Shown: one piece after another, positions 25,775-36,630 of the stretch
Position numbering within the stretch: position 1 is the first letter of the stretch
Layout of the letters: every line of letters begins with the position of its first letter
Source: Macrostomum lignano
Lineage: Eukaryota
Assembly (NCBI GenBank): GCA_002269645.1
Contig: NIVC01001119.1
Coordinates: forward strand, 1 to 64,000
Length of the DNA: 64,000 nucleotides
Reading direction: 5' to 3'
The notes under the pieces: generated by a model
Told to the model about the DNA's origin: nothing
The model's input: only the letters and a program-made list of their open reading frames with translations
The model's database searches: none
Translations under genes and position numbers: made by a program

Positions 25775-26300
25775 AGATAAGAGAGGAGAGAGAAGAGTAG
25801 AGAGAGAGGGAGAGAGGAGAGAAGGAGAGAGGAGAGGAGGAGAGAGTAGGGAGGAGAGAAGAGAGAAGAGAGAAGAGGGAAGAGATGCGAGAGTAGAAAG
25901 TAGAGAGAGGAGGAAGAGAGAAGAGAGCAAAAATGAGAGAGGAGAGAGGAGAGAGAAGACAGGAGAGAGAAGGAAGGAGAGAGAAGAAAGGAGAGAAAAA
26001 AGAGGAAAGAGGAGTGAGAAGAGATCAGGAGAGAGGAGAGAGAATTAAGAGAGGAGAAAAGAAACAGAGATGATGAGATGATGAGATAATATATGAGATG
26101 AGAAAAGAGATAAAAGGGGAGAGAGAAGATACATGTATCAGGATAGAGGGTCGAAAAAAATGAAGAAAGGAGAAAGAAACGGTGACGATGAGATGATGAG
26201 ATGATAGATGAGATGAGAAAAAGAGAGGAAAGAGGAAAAAAGAGAATAGAGAATTAAAGAGACAGAAAAGAAGAGTGAGGAGAGAGGAGAGAGAAGAGAA
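25775..26300. repeat. Purine-rich (GA) low-complexity tract
   Basis: Degenerate GAGAG/GAGGA/GATGA runs. Confidence 0.85.
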
Positions 26301-27641
26301 GTGAAAAGTTTAAATCGAAGTACCTGAGGGATGGAGAGAGGGGCAGGGGCCTGAGGACTGAGTTTGCCATCGCGTGCTTTTAGACAGACGTTGCCTGTCA
26401 TTCCGCGCTGCACCTGGACCTGGCCGACGAGATCAATGCTTGCCTCAAATCTTTGCATCTGAGGCCATCAGTTAGAGAGCTGCAATCGGGAACCAACATG
26501 AGGGCTGAGTGTATGGGGATAAAACGGCTTACGAGATTCAATTTTCTTACCAATCCCTTGCAAATTGGTGACAGCCAACTGGAGGTCAGGTCCACCAATT
26601 GCTGCATTCGGTACAATCATAACTTCTGTGCTTCAGAAGTTATGAAGCACAGAACTTAACTTCAAGGTAAAGTTTACCTAAACCTGTCGCACATATTTTC
26701 TGCCATTGACTGGCTGTCAAAGACAACCATTTTTTGCCCCGGGAATTTTTAATGTGACTATAACTTTAGATTTAGGAATATGAGAAAAATACTTCCCGGG
26801 TTTCGAATTCAGCGGTTTCAAAATCTGCAGGTTTAAACAGCTTGCGTTATAGACAAAATGCAGATATACCGGCCGGCCGCGTGTCTGAATGGATTTGATT
26901 TGAAACGGTGGGTAAAAATTATAACAAAAAAAACAACACTGTAGGTAATTTGGAATACTTATTAGTGAAATATTGTTCACGATAACACCTAAATACTTTT
27001 GATTTATTTTGTAGAGACTTTTATTTGCTAAAGTACTGAAAACATCTAATGAACATTTAGTTGCTCGTGTACAGTACACCTTAACTGTGAGCAATTTTGT
27101 GCGCACATTGTAACTCAGTTGTTTCTATATTTAGCTGAGTAGCTGAGGCCGAGGGCTTGTGTGGGCGTCTATTTTCTTTAATTTAACTTAAGGTCATAAT
27201 AGGGTGGGGTTGTACGCCATAATTGCAGTCCCACTAAGTCTATCATATCTATCATAGACAGGCTAATTTGTAAATTAGGCCTAGCCTAGGCCTATTAGGG
27301 CCTATTTACTAACTTAGAACTTACTTAGGAGTTAGGACTAGGAGTTAGGCCTAGGAGTTAAATCTCGCAAGGCCTATTTGTACACGTGCGATGTACAGTG
27401 AACATGACATTGCCCACTGCCACTAGGGCCACTAGGCTACACAAACTGACAACGCAACACATTACACTCACTAATCTCATATGTTAGATTACAATTACAA
27501 AATCTATTTCATTCTTAATTCAGTTATTTTTACTTTAATTTATAAATAAACTAGGCCCTAACTATCTTTGACTTGTGCTAAATTTCTATTTCTATTGTCA
27601 TTGGACATTAATATACAGAATCTAGTGAGATTTTAAAAGTT

Positions 27642-28378
27642 GGCAGTGCTTATCCCCACGGTACCGTAGGAATAATTTCTGTCTTATTTTAATGGTACCG
27701 TGCGAATAATTTTCTGCTTATCCGCACGGCACACTGAGGAGATAGCTGCCCTATCTTCTACATATGCCATGTAAATCATTTTCTGCTTAGGCTATCCGCA
27801 CGGCACACTGACAAGATAGCTGCCCTATCTTCTACATATGCCGTGGAAATAATTTTCTGCTTATCCGCACAGCACACTGACGAGATAGCTGCCCTACACG
27901 TCCTCTGTTTTATTCCCTCTGCTTTACTAGCTGCCCTATCTGCTACATATATATGCTGTGCTGTGCGTGAATAGTTTATAGCTTATTGAAAGGGAATTTG
28001 AACTGAGGATACTAAGAAGCTGTTGATCTTGATGTATAAACTCGAATCAGTTCTAGACTAGTATATGCATGTGTAAATGCGTGTTATTCTGCTTTACTGA
28101 TACCCTTCTGTATACTTATTCAACAATAATTCAACAAAGTTGTTATACTGCACTCAAATCGTATGTACTAAACTTCCCACATGGCATATGTAGAAGATAG
28201 GGCAGCTATCTCGTCAGTGTGCCGTGCGGATAAGCAGAAAATTATTCGCACCGCATATGTAGAAGATAGGGCAGCTATCTCCTCAGTGTGCCGTGCGGAT
28301 AAGCAGAAAATTATTCGCACGGTACTGTTGGAATAAGACAGAAATTATTCCTACGGTACCGTGGGGATAAGCACTGCC
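27642..28378. mobile_element. Foldback/Mutator-type MITE, 737 bp, long modular TIRs, perfect 9-bp TSD
   Basis: GGCAGTGCTTATCCCCACGGTACCGTAGG...CCTACGGTACCGTGGGGATAAGCACTGCC. TTAAAAGTT lies at 27633-27641 and 28379-28387. Internal TATCCGCACGGCACACTGA...GATAGCTGCCCTATCTTCTACATATG modules are repeated in each arm. Confidence 0.92.
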
Positions 28379-29079
28379 TTAAAAGTTTTTTTATGATTTT
28401 TTATTCCATTTGATAAATCATATTTACCTAAGTAAAAAGACATTAATTCTTGAAAATTGGTCAGGTAAGGCCTAATACTAATACAGCATGTGGGTTGTTG
28501 GCAATTTCTGGCTTAAGGCCAAATCTGGCTAGCTCCCTAAGGGCTAAGCCTTCTAATCTGGCCCCTAGAGCCTTCCAATCTAGCCCCAAGGCCCTCAATG
28601 ATCTAACATTGTATTGGGTCCTTTGGACTTTCACTCCACCTATTTTTCTCTTGCTTTTACCTTTCTTATCTCTATCCTATGTTGGGCTCCTGTAGAGGAA
28701 AGATTGGCTGCAGCCTGCAGGTCTACATTTTTTAACTTTTAAGAAGTGGTTGTTGGGGTCAAAAAAGAAAAACAGGAATATGGCAGGTTTTAGAAAGAGA
28801 AAATCTCAATCGTTATGGTAAGATTCAAGTTTTGATCATCATTAATTTAAAAAATGTCTCTTTAGACTCAGACTGATATATTGCAAACTATAGTTTTTTT
28901 TAATTTCTTTATATTATTCATCTCTGGGCCCTAGAAAAACTTGGCTATTTGGCCTTGGCTTTGAAAAGGTTGCCAACTCATAGCCTAATATATAGTTATG
29001 AAACTAGACATTTGTAGATGATGCTCTTTGCTTAAGTGCTCTGTAGATATCTGCCTTGGATAAAAACATATAGCATATG

Positions 29080-29970
29080 CTATACACCTTGAATAATGAT
29101 CATTGTGTGACCCTTTGGCAACTTATAGACTCTCTAGAGACACCTATGTAGAGCATTTATTATATAATTGCTGATCATCTCAACATGACACATGTTGCAC
29201 TATGGGTCCCTAAGCTTCTAATATTGGCCCAGCTGCGGGAGAGGGTCTATATCTAAAACCAACTTCTGAATGCTTATCAAAATGAGCCCAAATTTCTTGG
29301 TTGCCTAGTTACTAGTGATAAATCATGGTTTCACTACTATAAACCAGAGACCAAGTAGTAAAATAGCATATAGAAGGCATGTGATTAAGCCCTACTTGTC
29401 AAAGCCAAGATTATATAGGCCCTAGTCTGCTACGAAGCGCATGGAAATAGTCTTTTAGGACAAAGAAAGCATCTTGCTAATTGAATGGCTGCTAGAAAGA
29501 AAGAACCATCAATGCCCAGTATTATTATGAAATCATGAAGTGGTTGCATGAAAAGATCAGGAGTAAGTGCCATGGAATGATCACTAGGGGCATAGTGCTT
29601 AAACATGACAATGCTAGGCTACATACCTACAATGCTACTCTAGACATCATCAAGAGACTAGGCTTTGAGCTTCTACTTTACCTAGCCTATTTTCTTGACT
29701 TAGCCCCTTTAGCCATCTAGCCATTTCATTGTCATTGCTATAGAAGCCTTTCTGCTCTCGGCTCTGTAATCAACTAGTGGTTCTTTGTGTCCAAAATATT
29801 TTTTTGCCCAGGGTGCCAGGCTTATAGCAGGAAGCACTAAATAAAAATGGGACTTTTGTGGCATGAAAGCTAAAATAAACCACTAACTTTTAAGGCAAAT
29901 GATTTTTTAAACACATATTAATACTTGTAGAAGCAAGCAAAGTGACACTACTTCTGGGATACCCCTTGTA
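29080..29970 (+). pseudogene. Decayed Tc1/mariner (DD34D) transposase with right TIR, 5' truncated
   Basis: WVPKLL, FLGCLVTSDKSWFHYYKPETK* (cf. IVTGDESW), VF*D (VFWD), TINAQYY, HDNARLH (HDNARPH), YLAYFLDLAP (HPxYSPDLAP). Right end ...CTTCTGGGATACCCCTTG|TA resembles a mariner TIR plus TA target. Confidence 0.85.
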
Positions 29971-30707
29971 GTTTTATATTCACTATAAAAAGAAAAAAGT
30001 TTCTGACTTGAATTGCTTTGGCTAGGGTTTTAGGTTATTATTATTATTATTATTATTAATCTCAATCAGTATTAAAGTATTATAGACTTTAGGAGCTAAA
30101 TATTAAGAAAAGGTTAATTCCAAGATTTGAGGTCAAATAATCAAGTAACTAATCAACTATTGCTTATCTTTAAAAGATTCATATGTATGCTTATTTATAA
30201 GTTCTTATTTATGTTACCATTTGCTTATATGAGCTATAAATATATTCCTATAATTAGTATAAGAAATTTTGCCATCATATTTCATATATGAGCATACACA
30301 ACCTTTGAAATGGCATCAGCCATGCAATTTAGCTTTGTAATGTACCTGAGCTAGTACTTAGTTTGCTAATCTTTCAACTTGTTTAGTTATTGGTATTCAA
30401 GCAGTTGACAGATCAATGTATCTAGGGGATTCTAACTTAAGAAACAAAAAAATTTATACAGTTAGCATTTTCAGTAGTGTTTAGCAGCAATAGATCTACT
30501 AGGCTGATCCATGGGTCAGCTGAATGCCTGTAATAGAAACTAAGGAATAACTATTTATCTTCAAATGCCAAAATCATTCATAAATTGTAAAATAATGCTT
30601 TTCAAAAATTATTTTCTCATTACTGTGTGTCTTATTTAACAAATAATCAGCTTAACTCAGAACTATTTTTTGTTTGAAAATCTATCTGGTATATAGTTGA
30701 GTCAGCA

Positions 30708-33202
30708 ATGTCCATTGAAAATCGCAAGCGGCGTCGTAGACTGCTTCTGTCGTTGGTGTTCATATTAAGCTTAGTGGAGTTGGGTCTACTGATAGCTGCC
30801 TATTCAACTCAACACTGGGTGGACGCCACGCCAACTCGTAAAGTTGATAAGCCTATCGCTGATGCAGCTAAGAATTTGAGCTCATCAAAACTTAGTGGCT
30901 ATGTAAGATTTTCTTGCACTTTTAAACTATAATATTGGCTGCTTAGTTCATGGCCTAAATGTAGATAATTAGGCTCAAATCATACAGTTACGCTTAGACT
31001 ATAGAGGCAGCCAAAGCTTAGACCATAGAGACAGTTAAGTGTAGACCATGGAGACAGTTAAGCTTAGACCATAGAGACAGTCAAGCTTAGACCATAGAGA
31101 CAATCAAAGGTTAGACCATAGAGACATTTAAGCTTATTAGACCATATAGACAGCCAAAGCTTAGACCATAGAGACATTTAAGCTTATTAGACCATATAGA
31201 CAGCCAAAGCTTAGACCGTAGAGACATTTAAGCTTGTTAGACCATATAGACAGCCAAAGCTTAGACCGTAGAGACAGTTAAGCTTGTTAGACCATATAGA
31301 CAGCCAAAGCTTAGACCGTAGAGACATTTAAGCTTGTTAGACCATATAGACAGCCAAAGCTTAGACCGTAGAGACAGTTAAGCTTAGACCATAAAGGCAG
31401 CCAAAGCTTAGACCATAGAGACAGTTAAGCGTAGACCATAGAGACAGTTAAGCTTAGACCATAGAGACAGTCAAGCTTAGACCATAGAGACAGTTAAGCT
31501 TAGACCATAAAGGCAGCCAAAGCTTAGACCATAGAGACAGTTAAGCCTAGACCGCAACCAATGGTCTAGTCAAAGCTTAGACCATAGAGACAGTTAAGCC
31601 TAGACCGCAACCAATGGTCTAGTCAAAGCTTAGACCATAGAGACAGTTAAGCCTAGACCGCAACCAATGGTCTAGTCAAAGCTTAGACCATAGAGACAGT
31701 TAAGCCTAGACCGCAACCAATGGTCTAGTCAAAGCTTAGACCATAGAGACAGTTAAGCCTAGACCGCAACCAATGGTCTAGTCAAAGCTTAGACCATATA
31801 GACAGCCAAAGCTTAGACCATAGAGACATTTAAGCTTGTTAGACCATAGAGACAGTCAAAGCTTAGACCATAGAGACAGTTAAGCCTAGACCGCAACCAA
31901 TGGTCTAGTCAAAGCTTAGACCATAGAGACAGTTAAGCCTAGACCGCAACCAATGGTCTAGTCAAAGCTTAGACCATAGAGACAGTTAAGCCTAGACCGC
32001 AACCAATGGTCTAGTCAAAGCTTAGACCATAGAGACAGTTAAGCTTAGACCATAGAGACAGTCAAGCTTAGACCATAGAGACAGTTAAGCTTAGACCATA
32101 GAGACAGTCAAAGCTTAGACCATAGAGACAGTCAAAGCTTAGACCATAGAGACAGTCAAAGCTTAGACCATAGAGACAGTTAAGCTTAGACCATAGAGAC
32201 AGTCAAAGCTTAGACCATAGAGACAGTCAAAGCTTAGACCATAGAGACAGTCAAAGCTTAGACCATAGAGACAGTTAAGCTTAGACCATAGAGACAGTCA
32301 AAGCTTAGACCATAGAGACAGTCAAAGCTTAGACCATAGAGACAGTCAAAGCTTAGACCATAGAGACAGTTAAGCTTAGACCATAGAGACAGTTAAGCTT
32401 AGACCATAGAGACAGTTAAGCGTAGACCGCAACCAAATAGGATTTGACCATGTTTAAATTATGAACAGCACTTTTTTATGTTTAGAGCACAGAAAATCAG
32501 ATTTGGGTGCAGACTAGGTCTACTCTACAGTCAATCGTATGTACGGTCTTTATAATGAACTTTATCCTAACTACGCAGGTACACTTAGGCCTGTTCGTTG
32601 GTGTCCAGTCTCTGGACAACGGGCTGGGCCCAAGAGTTGTTCAAATCGATGTCCGAGCTCAAGTCATGGCCGATCCGCCACTGTTTAGCTTCGGTCTGTG
32701 GGTTGCCATGCTAGTGTTTGGTCTACTGACCGCTGCTTGGGCTCTGGTAAGATTTCCTAATTACATTTTATCTAAATTAGTTATTTATATAAGCGGTTAA
32801 TAAAGCATTTCTTACTTGGCTGAAATGCAGGTCAGCGCGGGTTTCGCCCTGCTCAACATCGGTCGTAAACCAGTTCGGACACTGAGCGGGCCAGCCGGAC
32901 TTTACCTGTGGAACACCTGCGGATTAATTGCCTGTCTAGCCGCTATCGGCGTATTCTTAGCCGCTTATTTTATTAGCCTGAGCAAAAATGTGCTGCGACA
33001 ATCTGATATTGATGATTATTTCTGGACTAGCGATGGGGCCGCCTGGCTTGGCATGTCATTCTACCTGTTGGTAGGCTGCGTGCCCTGCGTCCTGGTTGCT
33101 CACCTGTTCACCTGGCTGGCTGGCGGCGATCTGCCCTGTCGGAGGCGCGACGCTTTGGAGAAAACTCGACTAGAAGGCATGGACGCTGTGATCATGTACT
33201 GA
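30708..33202 (+). CDS. Clarin-family tetraspan membrane protein, 3 exons (30708-30902, 32579-32746, 32831-33202), 244 aa
   Basis: Phase-0 GTAAGA...CAG introns join SGY|VHLGLFVG and WAL|VSAG. Clarin hallmarks: STQHW after TM1, GLFxG...GLGPR, N...PVRTLSGPAGLYLWN, LGMSFYL, C-terminal ...IMY. Confidence 0.88.
31000..32430. repeat. 23-24-bp minisatellite (AAGCTTAGACCATAGAGACAGT(C/T)A)n in clarin intron 1, with a longer variant block
   Basis: Direct reading. Variant units contain CTAGACCGCAACCAATGGTCTAG (7-bp stem). Confidence 0.92.
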
Positions 33203-33309
33203 TTTTGGCTGGCATTGCGGCTGTGGTATGATGTCAGCTTTGCTCACGACTGGGCTAGGGACTGCGATATCATTTGGGTGTTTAAGCGCTGCTTGTTTAT
33301 TTAGTGACT

Positions 33310-34086
33310 TGAATCTGCCTGTCATTTGTATTATTCTATTGTTCTTTGTGTCTGCCTGTCTGTCTGGCTGTCTGTCTGGCTGTCTGCCTGTCATTTGTAT
33401 TATTCTATTGTTCTTGGTGTCTGCCTGCCTGTCTGGCTGTCTGCCTGTCATTTGTATTATTCTATTGTTCTTGGTGTCTGGCTGTCTGTCTGGCTGTCTG
33501 TCTGGCTGTCTGCCTGTCATTTGTATTATTCTATTGTTCTTGGTGTCTGGCTGTCTGTCTGGCTGTCTGTCTGGCTGTCTGTCTGTCATTTGTATTATTC
33601 TATTGTTCTTGGTGTCTGTCTGTCTGTCTGGCTGTCTGCCTGTCATTTGTATTATTCTATTGTTCTTTGTGTCTGCCTGTCTGTCTGGCTGTCTGTCTGG
33701 CTGTCTGTCTGTCATTTGTATTATTCTATTGTTCTTTGTGTCTGCCTGTCTGTCTGCCTGTCTGTCTGGCTGTCTGCCTGTCATTTGTATTATTCTATTG
33801 TTCTTGGTGTCTGCCTGCCTGTCTGGCTGTCTGCCTGTCATTTGTATTATTCTATTGTTCTTGGTGTCTGGCTGTCTGTCTGGCTGTCTGTCTGGCTGTC
33901 TGCCTGTCATTTGTATTATTCTATTGTTCTTGGTGTCTGGCTGTCTGTCTGGCTGTCTGTCTGGCTGTCTGCCTGTCATTTGTATTATTCTATTGTTCTT
34001 GGTGTCTGTCTGTCTGTCTGGCTGTCTGCCTGTCATTTGTATTATTCTATTGTTCTTGGTGTCTGCCTGTCTGTCTGGCTGTCTGC

Positions 34087-34124
<38 letters not shown>

Positions 34125-34219
34125 GTCTGTCTGTCTGTCTGTCTGTCTGGCTGTCTGTCTGGCTGTCTGTCTGTCTGTCTGTCTCTGTGTGTCTCTCTGA
34201 TTGCCTGTCAGTCTACCTA

Positions 34220-34256
<37 letters not shown>

Positions 34257-34293
34257 GTGTGTCTCTCTGATTGCCTGTCAGTCTACCTACCTA

Positions 34294-34348
<55 letters not shown>

Positions 34349-34555
34349 GTCTGTCTCTCTGATTGCCTGTCAGTCTACCTGTCTGTCTGGCTGTCTGTCT
34401 GTCTGTCTGTCTGTCTCTCTGTCTGTCTCTCTGATTGCCTGTCAGTCTACCTGTCTGTCTGGCTGTCTGTCTGTCTGTCTGTCTGGCTGTCTGTCTGGCT
34501 GTCTGTCTGTCTGTCTGTCTCTGTGTGTCTCTCTGATTGCCTGTCAGTCTACCTG
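33310..34555. repeat. Composite minisatellite: TGTCATTTGTATTATTCTATTGTTCTT(G/T)GTG alternating with (CTGT/CTGG)n, then (CTGT)n with CTGATTGCCTGTCAGTCTACC spacers
   Basis: Direct reading; starts ~110 bp after the clarin stop codon. Confidence 0.9.
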
Positions 34556-35349
34556 CGCGGGCCAAATGTCACACCAACAGTCAGTCTGAGGCCAATTAAA
34601 TTTCAAAATTTGTTATGTCCTGGGCTACTGACACAGCTATGTTGGATCAGTTTTTCTTCTAAAATTTTAATACTCAGTGCTATTCGAATATAACTAGCTA
34701 ATCCTGTGGAAAATATTTCATATATTATATCTAATAAAGTAGACAATAGCTAACTGTTATATACTCCGCAAAAATACAAAATGTCACATTTTTAGTTTAA
34801 CTTTTATTATATAATATTATGTCATTCAAACTGCCAAAATAAGACAACTTTTGTGGCAGACTGGCAGAATGCAGCTTGGTTTCAGTCCTGTGTTTCTGTT
34901 GTGATTTTCTTTGTATTCTGTTTGCATCCGTTGTCCTGCTCTGCTTTTCACGCTGCTTTCACGATTGGAAACAACAAAATTATCGACATTTGAAAATGCT
35001 TCGTCTGCTTATTTTTTCTTATTTACATTTTCTAGTTTTTTTTAGTTACAGCATCAGCTGGTTCGCTCACAACTTGGTCATTCCAGCAGATTTATTAACA
35101 GTATGATAATTGGATATTAATTGTTTTTAATTTCGCTTTCTTTATCCCTCTCAGAATAGCGATTAACATTCGTCACATTTGCGTATTGCTTGTACATTCC
35201 TGTTTGAATTGCAGCTGAACTTTTTGTTATGTATACGTACGTATGTTTCATCTAGAAGCTGTATGTGATTATTACTTTGACGTGTTTTAATTGGGCAATT
35301 AGACTTTGAAGATGAGTTAAATTAAACCATGCTCCATATGTTTTTTATA

Positions 35350-35760
35350 TTGGGCCATTAACAATCAGATTAGGCCATAGAAAATACGTCTTCGACCGTA
35401 GACGATTGGATTGGGCCATAGACAATACGGCTTCGACCATATACAATACAGCTTCCACCATAGACAATACAGCTTCCACCATAGACAATTAGATAGGGCC
35501 ATCGACAATCGGATTGGGCCATAGACAGTTGGATTGGGCGATAGACAGATTGGACCATAGACAGTTGGATTGGGCGATAGACAGATTGGGCCATAGACAA
35601 TTGGATTGGGCGATAGACAGATTGGGCCATAGACAATTGGATTGGGCGATAGACAATTACGTGGGGCCATAGACAATTGGTTTTGGCCATAAAGAATTGT
35701 ATTGGGCCATAGAAATTACGGCTTCGACCATAGACAATTAGATAGGACCATAGAGAATTA
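35350..35760. repeat. Degenerate ~21-bp tandem array built on CCATAGACAAT / GATTGGGC
   Basis: Direct reading. Confidence 0.8.
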
Positions 35761-36349
35761 GGCTTGAAAGACAGAATCGTTGTCAATAAGGCTCATATGA
35801 GAGATAGTTATGACTCTGGTTTTTTTCTGTTTATTTTTGATCAAACTATTAACAGCTGTAAATGGATTTTTAAGGTTTAGCTACGTGACTATCCTCTAGG
35901 TACATTATCATGGAGGCGTACATTGCTCACTTGCGCATTTAACCATTAAAAACTGGTACACATTTTCAATGTAGCTATTCTTACACGAATAACCTTCCAT
36001 TGCTAACGAAAAAAATTAATATTATCGAAATTTCTCTTTAAAAAAGTGTTTTGGGCTGTTTTTATCTGTTCGTAATCCCGCTAGCTACACATTGTTAAAA
36101 AATTGTGCCTTTTTATAACACAATACGCTGCTTGTGTCACTTTTTCTATATTAATTAATTAATCATTTTTTATTTACTCACCGCCGTAATAATATTTCAA
36201 TAAATTCTGCGCCGAAGGTGAATCTCAATAATTTTACCTCTAAAAGCATTATTGAGTAGTGTGTCAGTTTTAGATGTTTGAGTAAATATCAAATACGAGT
36301 TTAATGTCAAATCATTTATTATAATTTTAGAATTTTATTAAAAAAACAA

Positions 36350-36630
36350 CAGAATTTCACACAACCGGCGAGAGGCATTACTGCCCCATTCCGCCGACTC
36401 CCCTGAGCAGGCACACAAGCGCGCGGATACGTACGCAGTCATACGCACAGGCACACACAGGAGTGTACAGCGGCCAAAAACTTTATTTATCGCTAGGCAT
36501 GTACACTTCGCTTTGCCTTGGGAGTTGGCCTTCAAGATTCCAATTTAGCCCCATATCACGTGACTGCACTTGGAATCGAGCCTGGGCCGCTGGCACACCA
36601 GAGCGCCGCGCTGCATGGACCACTGATTTC
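36350..36630 (-). mobile_element. Possible tRNA-derived SINE
   Basis: Minus strand CAGTGGTCC (A-box-like, 36617-36625) and GGCTCGATTCC (B-box-like, 36572-36582), followed by a GC-rich body and T/A-rich tail. No TSD established. Confidence 0.3.

Noticed and set aside
26380-26659. ~90-codon plus-strand exon-like frame (ACHSALHLDLADEINACL...)
   Set aside because: No recognisable domain or partner exons; the LDL resemblance to an RT motif is too weak.
33170-34693. 288-453-aa ORFs downstream of clarin
   Set aside because: Translations of CTGT-based composite repeats.
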